Source of the DNA: Planctomycetota bacterium
GTDB taxonomy: Bacteria > Planctomycetota > B15-G4
Length of the DNA stretch: 64,000 nt
NCBI GenBank assembly: GCA_020638905.1
Contig: JACKHP010000024.1
Coordinates: 228 to 64,227, forward strand
Reading direction: 5' to 3'
Made by a program: the position numbers and the translations under genes. This document shows positions 35,274 through 44,803 of this stretch, in pieces. Numbering within the stretch: position 1 is the first letter of the stretch; the number at the start of each line of letters is the position of its first letter. The notes under the pieces were generated by a model. The model worked only from the letters and a program-made list of their open reading frames with translations, was not told the origin of the DNA and made no database searches.

Positions 35274-38240
35274 CTAGTGCGAGACGCGCTGGGCCTGATC
35301 ACCCAGCATCAGGTACGTCACGCCGCCGCCCATCGAGCCGGCGTTGTAGATGTACTGGCTGTCGAGGGCCTTGCCGATCCGGACGCTGGCCTCGGAGAGG
35401 TGCGCCTTGGTGTACGCGTCGGTGGCGGAGTCGAGCGCCCCGTCGATGTGGCCCTTGATGTCGCGCAGCTGCGAGACCGCCAAGGTCGCCACCGGGCTCG
35501 CCGTGGAGCCGTAGCCACCACCCATGGCGAGGTCGATCAGGCGATCGAGGTGCTCGGACTGCAGGTTGCGCCGCAGGCTCGAGATGGCCGGGTTGCGCTC
35601 GCTCGCGTCGGACGGCATGGCGTCGAGCTCGGACCAGACCGCCGTGGCCACCTTGCCCATGATCTCGGGCAGGGTCACCGCGTCGGTGTCGGCCGGCAGC
35701 GCCAGCTCGTTGTCGTACACGCGCCCGAGCGTCGTCGGGTTGAGCAGCATCGACATGACCGACGCCTGGATGCCCGCCACGCGGTCGTGCACCGGATACG
35801 TGGCGTCGTCGTAGACCGAGTAGTCGCCATCGTCGAACTTCGAGAGCGTCATGTGCTGCAGCAGCTCGGGCGTGAGCCCGAACGCCTCGTCGTAGAACGA
35901 GTTCTGGATGACCCAGTCGAGCGCCTCGCGCTGCATCTCGGCCGGCACCGGCTCGAGCGGCGTGCGTCCGTCCGGATCACCCTTGTGATCGTTGTGGACG
36001 AAGGAGCCGCCGATCCAGTTGGCCATCATGCTGAGCGAGCTGACCTGGGTGCCCAGCGTGATCTCGTAGCCGCGCCGCGCGCGGCCCCAGGGCTGGCCGT
36101 CCTTGACGAACTTGTCGAGGACGCGCTCGCGCTGGTACTCGGTCAGGCGCTGCCGGCTCTTGGCGTAGTCGAGCGGGTTCTTGCTGAAGTCGTAGCGACG
36201 GGCCAGCGGGTCGGGACCGGTCGTGTCGTAGTCGGTCGAGAACGCCAGCTCGGGCTCGGCCGCGCGCTTCACGACCTCCTTGGGGTCGCCGAACGTGTAG
36301 CCGTACTCGATGGCCCACATGTCGTACGGTCCCAGGCCGATCATCGCCCAGTCGCCCTGCACCTCGCCGTCTTCCATGTTCACGTTGACGGGGATGTAGT
36401 CCATGACCGAGCCCGCGAAGGGCTTCTTGCCCTTGAGCTCGGGGCTGTTGATCTCGGCCATCGTGTACAGGCTGCTGGCCTTGAAGTTGTGCCGCAGTCC
36501 GAGCGTGTGGCCCACCTCGTGCGCCACCAGGTCGGCCAGCATCGGTCCGAGGAAGCTCTCGGGGATGCCGTCGATCTTCGGCTCGTCCTTCTTCTTCGCG
36601 GCCTTCTCGTCGAGCTCGGCCATCTTGGCCTTGCACTCGTCGCAGGGCTCGCCGTCCTTGCACTTGTCGCAGTGGATCTCTTCCTTCTTCTTCTCGGCGT
36701 CGGCGCCGGGGTGGTCCTCACCCAGCGCGAAGAGCAGTCCGAGCACGGCCATCTCGCGGCTCTTGCCCTCGGACGCCATGCACAGCGCCTTGTCGGAGCC
36801 CACGGCCTGCACGAGCTCGCGCAGGTCCTCGTTCTGCAGCAGGGCGGCCTCGCCGTACGACGCGAAGTCGGGTCCGGCTCCGCGACGGGCGCGCTCCTGG
36901 GCGCGCTCGGCCAGCAGCTTCTCGCGCTCGCCGGGCGCGGCCATGCGCACGCGCGGGTCCCACTGCGGGTTCTCGTCGAACCAGGCCAGGGTCTCGGCCG
37001 AGTAGCCCTCCATCGCGAGCTCGGGCAGGTACTCGTTCGACTGGTACCAGAAGTGGCGGATCCAGCCGTCGGTCAGGACGACGTCGGCGTCCATGATCTC
37101 GCCGGTCTCGGGGTTCGCCCGGCTCGGGCCGATGGCCGTGCCGATGTCGTTGCTGAGCCAGCGGATGAAGTTGTAGCGGACGTCCTCGGGGTCCTTGTCC
37201 ATGTTCGCGCCGGTCGACTTGTCCTGGTACTGCACCTGGATCGCGTCGACCAGGCCGACCTGCTCGAAGGCCTTGTTCCAGTAGTCGATGCCGGCCTTGA
37301 CCCAGCGCCGGTAGCGGATCGGCACGGTGTGCTCGACGTAGTAGACGAGCGGCACCTTGGGCGGCGAGAGCTCGAGCTTCGGATCGGCCTTCTCGAAGTG
37401 CCAGCGGTTGATGTACCGCACCGGCACCTGGTCGTCCTGCATCTTGCCCAGGTCGCGGTAGGTGGTCATGAAGTACCCGACCCGCTCGTCCGCCTCGCGC
37501 GGCTTGTAGGCCGGGTTCTTGCGCACGTTGCTGATCGAGTAGTGGAAGGTCTTCAGCGCGCCGCGCACCGGCACGGTGAACGCGATCTCGATGTTCTCGG
37601 GGAAGGCCTTGGCCTCGCTGATCGTGGTCAGCGCGCGGTTCATGCCGCTCGCGCTGCCGCCGTTGAAGCGGTTCGCGTTGCCGAGCAGCAGGTCGTCGAG
37701 GTCGATCATCGGCTGGCCCGACGGCCCGATGCAGACGATCGGCACGTCGACCACGACCTGGTCGACGAAGTGGTTCTTGATCGCGTCGCGCGACTCCTCG
37801 TCGCCGGACGAGCGCACGTCGAGGTTCGGGGCGATGAGCGCCACGCGCTTGTCGAAGCGCTGCCAGTAACCGTAGACCTCGCCCGACTGCAGACCGGCGT
37901 AGAGCTCGCCGGTGGGCACGGTGGTGGCGAAGAAGTGCCGCTGGTTGGCGTAGCCGCGCGGCAGCTCGGCCAGGATCTGGCCGTCCTTCTCGCGCGTCCA
38001 GATGCCGTACAGGCTGGGCGAGCCGTCGGCGGTGGAGACGACCTTCGTGTAGTCCTTCGTCACCTCTTCCCACTTGGGGAAGTCGGGCTTCTCGTCGCCC
38101 TTCGAGTCACCGCCGTTGGCGGCATTCATCATGGCCGAGAAGTCGGGCATCGCGACCTCGGACTGGGCAGCCAGGGACGGGCCGGCGAGGCTCGCTCCCA
38201 GCGCGACGAGCGCCATCGTGCGCCACCGCGGGTTCGACAT
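35274..38240 (-). CDS. Secreted zinc-dependent metalloprotease (Met-zincin, DUF4953-type)
   Basis: ATG 38240 has AGGAG 8 nt upstream (the track uses GTG 38249). Signal MALVALGASLAGPSLAAQS. HEVGHTLGLRHNF. Lys/Glu-rich insert with HCDKCKDGEPCDECK. Confidence 0.85.
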   Translation of the reverse strand: MSNPRWRTMALVALGASLAGPSLAAQSEVAMPDFSAMMNAANGGDSKGDEKPDFPKWEEVTKDYTKVVSTADGSPSLYGIWTREKDGQILAELPRGYANQRHFFATTVPTGELYAGLQSGEVYGYWQRFDKRVALIAPNLDVRSSGDEESRDAIKNHFVDQVVVDVPIVCIGPSGQPMIDLDDLLLGNANRFNGGSASGMNRALTTISEAKAFPENIEIAFTVPVRGALKTFHYSISNVRKNPAYKPREADERVGYFMTTYRDLGKMQDDQVPVRYINRWHFEKADPKLELSPPKVPLVYYVEHTVPIRYRRWVKAGIDYWNKAFEQVGLVDAIQVQYQDKSTGANMDKDPEDVRYNFIRWLSNDIGTAIGPSRANPETGEIMDADVVLTDGWIRHFWYQSNEYLPELAMEGYSAETLAWFDENPQWDPRVRMAAPGEREKLLAERAQERARRGAGPDFASYGEAALLQNEDLRELVQAVGSDKALCMASEGKSREMAVLGLLFALGEDHPGADAEKKKEEIHCDKCKDGEPCDECKAKMAELDEKAAKKKDEPKIDGIPESFLGPMLADLVAHEVGHTLGLRHNFKASSLYTMAEINSPELKGKKPFAGSVMDYIPVNVNMEDGEVQGDWAMIGLGPYDMWAIEYGYTFGDPKEVVKRAAEPELAFSTDYDTTGPDPLARRYDFSKNPLDYAKSRQRLTEYQRERVLDKFVKDGQPWGRARRGYEITLGTQVSSLSMMANWIGGSFVHNDHKGDPDGRTPLEPVPAEMQREALDWVIQNSFYDEAFGLTPELLQHMTLSKFDDGDYSVYDDATYPVHDRVAGIQASVMSMLLNPTTLGRVYDNELALPADTDAVTLPEIMGKVATAVWSELDAMPSDASERNPAISSLRRNLQSEHLDRLIDLAMGGGYGSTASPVATLAVSQLRDIKGHIDGALDSATDAYTKAHLSEASVRIGKALDSQYIYNAGSMGGGVTYLMLGDQAQRVSH

Positions 38241-38408
38241 GTCGTTCACTCCTGGTCTCGATTCGAGTTCGGAGGAGAGACCGCGTACGGCGGAGGCTCC
38301 ACCGGTTCGTCGGCGCGGGCGCGCCGATCCGTGCTCCCGATGCCGCCCCGCGGCGGCAATGGACAGACACGTGACATCGGATTCTATGCGCGTCTTCCCG
38401 GAGCAACA

Positions 38409-40628
38409 ATGGCGCGCATGACCTTCCGCTCATGCATGCCACACATCCGCCCCGGGTCCGCCGGCTCCCGTTTCCGCCCGTGCGCCTCTCGCGGTGAGCG
38501 CGCACACGAGCCGAGGCGCGCCTGTCCGCGCGGCGTGGCGTGGACGACGGAGACACCCGATTCGCCTGCTCCCGCAACGATTCCGCCCACGGACGACTGC
38601 CGACGGACGATCGCGTGCGGCGCGCCGCGGGTCGCGCGAGCGAGGGTCGGCGCGACGCGGCGAGGCGCGTCCGGCGGCAGGCTGCGTGGCATCGCCCTGC
38701 TGGCCACGCTGGCGCTGGTCCCGGCGGCGCGCCCGGACGACGAGCCCGCCGCGGCGTCTCCCGTGCGTCCCGCGCTCACCTCGCTCGAGCGCGAACTCGG
38801 CTGGACGGCACTCTTCGACGGACGCGACCTGGCCGGCTGGCGCTCCACCGACGGAGCTCCCCCCGGCGACGGATGGCGCGTGCACGACGGCGTGCTCGAG
38901 CAGTCGGGCGGCGCCGGCGACCTGCTCTCGACGCGCGTCCTGCGCGACGTCGAGCTGCGCTTCGCGTTCCGTGTCGCGCCCGGCGGCAACAGCGGCGTCA
39001 AGCTGCGCGTGCTCCCCGCCGGACGTCCAGGCGCCGGCGGTGCGCCGCTCGCGGCTCCCGTCGGACTCGAGTTCCAGATCCTCGACGACCTCGCGCACCC
39101 CGACGCGGCGTCGCCGTCGCACCGCTGTGCCGCGCTCTACGATCTCGTCCCGCGCGACGGCGCACTCGATGCGCGTCTCGACCTGGCCGGCACGTGGCAC
39201 GCCGCGGGCGTGCGTCTCGACGGCGGACGCCTGACGCATCGGCTCGACGGCGCGCGCGTGCTGCGCGTGCAGCTCGACGACGCCGCGTTCGCCGAGCGCG
39301 TCGCGCACAGCAAGTTCGCCGGCGTCCCCGACTTCGGACGGCTCGCCGGCCCGGTTCTGCTGCAGGACCACGGCGACCCGATCGCGTTCCGGGACGTCGT
39401 CGTGCGCGACCTGGCCGCGTTGCCGGGACGTCCCGCCGCGCCGCCGCCGTTCGATGCGGGCGTGCCGCCGCGCGACGTCGGCTCGCCCGCGTTCGCCGAC
39501 GTGCGACCGTTCGACGTCGTCGGCGCCCACACGCTCGCCGGCGACGACTTAGACTGGCGCGCCCTCGGCGACGCGCGCTGGACGCTGCGCGACGACGAGA
39601 TCCTCGGCGAGACCGACGGCGGCTCGCAGAGCTTCCTCGTCTCGCGCCGCGCGTTCGGCGACGCGATCGTGCAGCTCGACGTGCTCGTCGAGGGCAAGGG
39701 CAACTCGGGCATCCAGGTGCGCAGCCACGTGAGCGACGCGGGACGCATGTTCGGGTACCAGGTCGAGATCGACCCGTCCGAGCGGGCGTGGTCGGGCGGG
39801 CTCTACGACGAGGCCCGGCGCGGCTGGCTCGACGACTTGTCCGACCAGCCCGAGGCCCGCGCGGCCTTCCGCTCCGGCGAGTGGCTGCGCTACCGCATCG
39901 AGCTCGCGGGCCCGTCGATCCGCCCCTTCGTCGACGACGTGCCGTGCGCCGACGTGCTCGATCCGCTCGACCTCGAGGGACACCTCGCGTTCCAGGTCCA
40001 CGCGGGACAGGACACGCGCGTGCGCTGGCGCGGCCTGCGCGTCCGCGACCTGGGCACGCGCGCGTGGGAGCCGCTGCCCGTCGACGCGCCGCCTTCGTCG
40101 CGCGACGCGACGGGCACGCGCGCCTGGGCGCGCGACGCCTCGTCCGATGCCCGGCCCTCGTGGACGGCCGCGGGGCGCGGCACCTGGGCGCTCGCGTCCG
40201 ACGCGCCGCGCGAGGACGAGGCGCTGCGCGTCGAGCTGCGCGCGCGCGGCGACGTGCGGCTCGCGCTGCTGCTGCGCGCGCGCTCCGTCGCCGACGGTCT
40301 CGCCGCGTGGGACGCGAGCGACGCCGACGCACCGCGCGACCCGGACGCGAGGCACGCCGACGACGCCGCGCCCGACGCGCCGACGCGGCTCGCGCTCCCC
40401 GCAGGCGGACGCCTGCTGCTGCTGCCGCGCGTGGCCGACGACGCCGCGCACTCGCTCGCGCTGTGCACCTACGGCGCGCGCGTCGCCGTGCACCTCGACG
40501 GACGGCTGCTGCTCGACGCGCGCGTCGACGACCTCGCACCGAGCGGCGCCTGCGGCTGGCTCGCGCGCCTCGGCGACGACGCCACGCTCGAACTCGCGCG
40601 TCCCGAACGGCTGGGCGAGCCGCGCTGA
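38409..40628 (+). CDS. Secreted protein with three DUF1080 (3-keto-disaccharide-hydrolase-type) jelly-roll repeats
   Basis: GWTALFDGRDLAGWRS...GNSGVKLR...VLLQDHGDPIAFRDVVVRDL, then NSGIQVRS...HLAFQVHAGQDTRVRWRGLRVRDL. The third copy is degenerate. Signal-like RLRGIALLATLALVPAARP lies ~90 codons after ATG 38409, so the start (38409/38418/38436/GTG 38535) is uncertain. Confidence 0.7.
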   Translation: MARMTFRSCMPHIRPGSAGSRFRPCASRGERAHEPRRACPRGVAWTTETPDSPAPATIPPTDDCRRTIACGAPRVARARVGATRRGASGGRLRGIALLATLALVPAARPDDEPAAASPVRPALTSLERELGWTALFDGRDLAGWRSTDGAPPGDGWRVHDGVLEQSGGAGDLLSTRVLRDVELRFAFRVAPGGNSGVKLRVLPAGRPGAGGAPLAAPVGLEFQILDDLAHPDAASPSHRCAALYDLVPRDGALDARLDLAGTWHAAGVRLDGGRLTHRLDGARVLRVQLDDAAFAERVAHSKFAGVPDFGRLAGPVLLQDHGDPIAFRDVVVRDLAALPGRPAAPPPFDAGVPPRDVGSPAFADVRPFDVVGAHTLAGDDLDWRALGDARWTLRDDEILGETDGGSQSFLVSRRAFGDAIVQLDVLVEGKGNSGIQVRSHVSDAGRMFGYQVEIDPSERAWSGGLYDEARRGWLDDLSDQPEARAAFRSGEWLRYRIELAGPSIRPFVDDVPCADVLDPLDLEGHLAFQVHAGQDTRVRWRGLRVRDLGTRAWEPLPVDAPPSSRDATGTRAWARDASSDARPSWTAAGRGTWALASDAPREDEALRVELRARGDVRLALLLRARSVADGLAAWDASDADAPRDPDARHADDAAPDAPTRLALPAGGRLLLLPRVADDAAHSLALCTYGARVAVHLDGRLLLDARVDDLAPSGACGWLARLGDDATLELARPERLGEPR

Positions 40629-40633
40629 GGAAG

Positions 40634-43231
40634 TCAGCCCTCGGCGTCGAGCGCGTCGGCGGTGTACGCGTCCTCGCGCCCGGCCGACGCGGCGCGCGCG
40701 GCGGAGACCGTCTCGACGGCGACCGGATCGGCGCCGTGGCCCCACTCGCGACGCAGGTAGGTGAGCAGCGCCGCGAGGGTCTCGTCGTCGGCCGGGTAGG
40801 CCGGCATGTCCTGGTCGAACGGTCCGCCGGGCAGATCGAGCGGGCCGGTCAGGCCGTGCAGCACGAGGCGCGCAAGGCGCGCCGGATCGCCCAGCACGTA
40901 CGGCGAACCGACCAGCGACGGCGCCCGTCCGGGCTCGCCGCGACCCGACGCGAGGTGGCACGGCGTGCAGCCGACGGCGAACGCGAGCCGTCCGGCTTCG
41001 AAGCGCGCGGCCTCGTCGGCGCTCAGCGGACGCACGGGCGGCGCGTCGGCGACCGCGCGGCCGGGCCACGCCAAGGCCGCATCGAGCCGCGCCGCGCGCG
41101 TCGCGACGTCCGCGTCGTCGGACGCGAGCAGCGCGCCCAGCGCGGCAGGCTCGGCGAACAGCGTGCGCCGTCCGTCCGGACCGAGGCCGTCGAGCACGCC
41201 GTCGAGCAGCGCCCGGGCGCGCCAGGGCTGCGACTCGCGGGACGCGCGTCCGAGCAGGTCGACGAGGCGCGCGCCCGATCCCTCGCGCGTCACCGCGCGC
41301 GCGAGCAGCGCGAGGAGCACGTCGCGGCCCGGCGCCGGCTCGTCGCCGTCGAGCAGGTCGAGGAACTCGAGCTCGACGCCGCGCAGGCCCGAGAGCACGG
41401 CGCCGCGGCGTTCGGGCGTCGAGCAGTCGGCGTCCATCGCGCGGGCGAGCAGGCGTCGCCCGGGGACGCCGGCCGCGCCCAGGCTGAAGAGCGCCTGGAT
41501 GCGCACGCGCGGCGACGGGTCGTCGAGCGCGTGCGCGAGCGCGCCGAGCAGCGCGTCGTCGTCGCCGGTCACGCGTCCCTCGGTGAGCCGCAGCGCGGCC
41601 AGGCGCACGGGCAGGTCGGCGTCGGACGTGCGCGGCAGCAGGTCGGCGGCCTCGAGCGCCCCGAGTCCGTCGAGGGTCCAGAGCGCGTGCAGCCGCGCCC
41701 GCGGCGACGGATCGTCGAGCCGCGCACGCACCGCGGGCACGGTGTCCGCGTCGTCGGCGCGCCGCTCGACGAGCTCCTGCTGGGCGCGGTCGCGCCACCA
41801 GCCGTCCTCGTGCGCGAGCAGCGCGGCGAGCCCCGGCACGTCGAGACGCAAGAGGTGCGGGACGTCGCGCGGCGGCATGTCGTGCGCACGCAGGCGCCAG
41901 ATGCGTCCCCGCCCCACCGGCTGCTCGAGCCCGCGCGCCTCGATCTGCGCCCGCAGCCAGCTCGTCAGGAAGACCCGGTGCTGCAGCACGCCGCGCGCGA
42001 GGTCGACCACGTAGAGCGCACCGTCCGGTCCGTCGCACAGGTTCACGGGACGGAAACGTTCGTCGCGCGACGCGAGCGGCGTGCGTCCCGTCGCCGGCGG
42101 ACGGGCCGCGAGCGCGCCCGACGGATCTTCGACGAGCTCGTAGCGCATGAGCAGGTTCGCCGACGGCTCGCACACGATCACGTCCCCGCGCATGTCGGCC
42201 GGGACGCCGCCGCCGCGCAGCACGTGCGGCGCGCAGGCCGCGGTGACCGACCGCAGCCGTCCCGCGGCGTCGAGCACGCCCTCGCGGTAGCCGCGGTTCA
42301 CGCCCGGCGTCGCCCGCACGGGGAACACGCCGAAGTCGTCGGCCAGACGCACGTCGAGACCCGGCACGGCGCCGTGGTCGACGTTGCGCCGGCCGTAGAC
42401 CGCGGGCACGAGGTCGCCGCGCAGCGGGTCGCTGTTGTTGTCGTGGAAGGTGCGGCCCTGGTCGTCCTGGGTGAGTCCCCACTGGCCGCCGCCGTTCGTG
42501 AGCTCGGGCACGAAGCGCGTGCCGTCGAAGCGGTACTGGCGGGCGTCGTTCGCCAGGCGGTAGCGGTTGTCGAGCGTGCGCAGCAGCGCGTTCGGCGCGT
42601 GCTCGGGATTGTCGAGGCCGGAGAACCCGCTCTCGACCACGACGCGCTCGTCGGCCCGTCCGTCGCCGTCGCGGTCGCGGCAGAAGAGCAGCTCGGGCGG
42701 CGCGAGCACGAGCGCCCCGTCGTACGCGGGAGCCACCGCGCGCGGCAGCACGAGCCCGTCGAGGAAGACGGCGCGCGTGTCGAGGCGTCCGTCGCCGTCG
42801 GCGTCGGAGAGCACGGCGATGCAGCCTGACGGCTCGAGTTCGTCGCGTCCGTCGGCGTCGCGCATGAAGCCCGGCATCTCGACCACCCACAGGCGTCCGT
42901 CGCCGTCGAAGACCGCCTGCACCGGATCGTGCAGGAGCGGCTCGGCGGCCACGAGTTCGACGATCAGTCCGTCGGCCGGCACGAAGGCCGCCAGCGCGTC
43001 CTCGGGCGAGAGCGCGGGGGCCGCCGGCAGCACGAACGCCGCGGGCAGCGGCGGCTGGGCCTCGCCCGGCACGTCGCCCGCCTGCCCCGCCGCGGGCGAC
43101 GCGCCCAGCGCCGCCGCCCACGCGACGGCCAGGAGCCGTGGTGCGGCGGCCGGACCGCGTCGGTCACGCCCGCGTCGTGCGACGCGCGTCCGCCGCCCGT
43201 CCCGCGCAGACCGGACGCGCCTTCGTCTCAC
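40634..43231 (-). CDS. PVC-type putative membrane-bound dehydrogenase domain / HEAT repeat / haem-binding CxxCH protein
   Basis: GTG 43231 overlaps the upstream stop (GTGA). Signal LLAVAWAAALGASPAAGQ. LVAAEPLLHDPVQAVFDGDGRLWVVEM. HEAT-like repeats. C-terminal CTPCH. Confidence 0.8.
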   Translation of the reverse strand: MRRRRVRSARDGRRTRVARRGRDRRGPAAAPRLLAVAWAAALGASPAAGQAGDVPGEAQPPLPAAFVLPAAPALSPEDALAAFVPADGLIVELVAAEPLLHDPVQAVFDGDGRLWVVEMPGFMRDADGRDELEPSGCIAVLSDADGDGRLDTRAVFLDGLVLPRAVAPAYDGALVLAPPELLFCRDRDGDGRADERVVVESGFSGLDNPEHAPNALLRTLDNRYRLANDARQYRFDGTRFVPELTNGGGQWGLTQDDQGRTFHDNNSDPLRGDLVPAVYGRRNVDHGAVPGLDVRLADDFGVFPVRATPGVNRGYREGVLDAAGRLRSVTAACAPHVLRGGGVPADMRGDVIVCEPSANLLMRYELVEDPSGALAARPPATGRTPLASRDERFRPVNLCDGPDGALYVVDLARGVLQHRVFLTSWLRAQIEARGLEQPVGRGRIWRLRAHDMPPRDVPHLLRLDVPGLAALLAHEDGWWRDRAQQELVERRADDADTVPAVRARLDDPSPRARLHALWTLDGLGALEAADLLPRTSDADLPVRLAALRLTEGRVTGDDDALLGALAHALDDPSPRVRIQALFSLGAAGVPGRRLLARAMDADCSTPERRGAVLSGLRGVELEFLDLLDGDEPAPGRDVLLALLARAVTREGSGARLVDLLGRASRESQPWRARALLDGVLDGLGPDGRRTLFAEPAALGALLASDDADVATRAARLDAALAWPGRAVADAPPVRPLSADEAARFEAGRLAFAVGCTPCHLASGRGEPGRAPSLVGSPYVLGDPARLARLVLHGLTGPLDLPGGPFDQDMPAYPADDETLAALLTYLRREWGHGADPVAVETVSAARAASAGREDAYTADALDAEG

Positions 43232-44310
43232 CGCCCGACCGGCGCCGGCACGGCCACGCCGTCCCACAGCGCGCCGCCGTCGATCCAGCGCTTCACGAGG
43301 TCGATCTGTTCGGGCGACAGCGCGTCGCCCTCGGCCGGCATGCGGTCGGGGTCCCAGGCCGGCAGGCTGATGCGCTCGAAGACCGGACTCGCGTCGGCGT
43401 CGCCGGGGACGATCGCCCAGCGCGAGCGATCGCCCGCGAACAGGTCGGCACCCACGTCGAGCCGCAGCTTTCCCTTCTGCTTGCGCGGCCCGTGGCACTC
43501 GAAGCAACGCGCCTCGAAGAGCGGCAGCACGTCGGCCGTGAACTCGACCTCCGGCGCGGTGGCGGGGTCGCCCGGGTGTCCGTCGCTGCCGGACGCCTGT
43601 CCGTCGCCGTGCGTCACGTCGCCTCCCTCGCTCGCCGGGGGGGCGCCGTCGCTCGCGGCCGCCCCGCTCGTCGCGCCGGACGCGGCGCCGGACGTGGCGC
43701 GAGTCGCACCGTCCGACGCAGGCGTGGACGGCGGCACCTCGGACTCGCGCTGCCACGGCTCGAGCACGAAGCCCTCGCCGTACACGAGCTCGCCGCCCAG
43801 GTGTCCCGTGAACGAGACCAGTCCGGCGCCGACCAGCAGCAGCACGCGATAGGCGGTGAGCGGACCGCGGCGCGCGTGGTCTCCTTCGTCGTCGGGGCGG
43901 GGCGCGCGGCACAGCAGGGCCGCCACCCACGCGACGCACGCCACGACCGCCGTGCCCACGCCGCACCAGCGGTGCAGGTCGAGCAGGTCCTCGACCGAGC
44001 GCCCGGGCGGATCGTGCGCGGCGTAGAGCCAGCCCGTCCCCGCGGCGACGGCCGCGCCGAGCGCGGCCAGCGGCAGGACGGCGCGCGCCGCCGGCGACGG
44101 ACCGCGGCGCCGCAGCAGCACGCGCAGCCCCTCGAAGAGCGCCGCCGCGAGCAGCAGCGCGATCGGGAAGTGCACCAGCATCGGGTGCAGCCGTCCGGCG
44201 CTGGCCTGCATGCCGGGCGTGGGCGGCCACGCCAGCCCGAACAGCGCCGGCAGCAGGACCTCGCTCGCGCGCGGCGAGTGAAAGGTGTCGTCTTCGTCTG
44301 GATCGGACAT
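43228..44310 (-). CDS. Membrane protein: DUF2231-type TM domain fused to Planctomycete cytochrome c (PSCyt1-type) domain
   Basis: HPMLVHFPIALLLAAALF plus three further hydrophobic helices. Ser/Gly/Ala linker. CFECHGPRKQKGKLRLD. Confidence 0.8.
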   Translation of the reverse strand: MSDPDEDDTFHSPRASEVLLPALFGLAWPPTPGMQASAGRLHPMLVHFPIALLLAAALFEGLRVLLRRRGPSPAARAVLPLAALGAAVAAGTGWLYAAHDPPGRSVEDLLDLHRWCGVGTAVVACVAWVAALLCRAPRPDDEGDHARRGPLTAYRVLLLVGAGLVSFTGHLGGELVYGEGFVLEPWQRESEVPPSTPASDGATRATSGAASGATSGAAASDGAPPASEGGDVTHGDGQASGSDGHPGDPATAPEVEFTADVLPLFEARCFECHGPRKQKGKLRLDVGADLFAGDRSRWAIVPGDADASPVFERISLPAWDPDRMPAEGDALSPEQIDLVKRWIDGGALWDGVAVPAPVGR

Positions 44311-44437
44311 GATGCGGCGATTCTAGCAACGGGCGCGCCGCGTCCCCGAGCGTCTCGCGGATGGAATGCGTCGACGCGCGCTCCCAACACGCGCGCCGCG
44401 CAGCCGAGCTCGTCCCACCCCGCAGCGGAGTCCGAGC

Positions 44438-44722
44438 GTGAGCCTCCTGAACTGGATCTTCGACATCTACCAGCACGGCAAGATCGACGACGCGGCCGAG
44501 GACGCCCGGCGCGCCCGGGCCGAGATCGCCGCGATGCGCACGAGCGCCGGCGGCGTCGACACGGCGCGGCTCGAGGGCGCGCTGGGCGAGCTGGCCCTGG
44601 CGCTGCGCACCGTCCAGCGCATGCTCGTCGAGAAGGGCGTCTGCACCCAGGCCGAGTTCGCGCGTCTGCTCGACAGCGTCGACGCCGAGGACGGGCGTCG
44701 CGACGGCCGCGCCCCGATCTGA
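44438..44722 (+). CDS. Small hypothetical protein (94 aa)
   Basis: GTG 44438 with GGAG 7 nt upstream. VSLLNWIFDIYQHGKIDDAAEDARRARAEIAAM... looks helical. No motif recognised. Confidence 0.4.
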   Translation: MSLLNWIFDIYQHGKIDDAAEDARRARAEIAAMRTSAGGVDTARLEGALGELALALRTVQRMLVEKGVCTQAEFARLLDSVDAEDGRRDGRAPI

Positions 44723-44803
44723 CGCCGCCGCGGGGCCGTCCGCAGGCGAAGCTGGGACGGATGTCCACTTGGCGTCCGCGGCGGCATCGCCGTTAATGAG
44801 AGG

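Noticed and set aside
34512-40628. Giant track ORFs (2038 aa here; also 40634..46108 N-terminal part, 39549..43121, 38540..42829, 44467..46887, 28512..31523, 59586..63386, etc.)
   Set aside because: They are extremely Arg/Ala/Gly/Pro-rich with no motifs. They run antisense or out of frame to genes that have clear motifs, which is the expected stop-codon paucity of ~70% GC DNA. Only sub-segments in the right frame are real (e.g. 38409..40628, 40634..43231).
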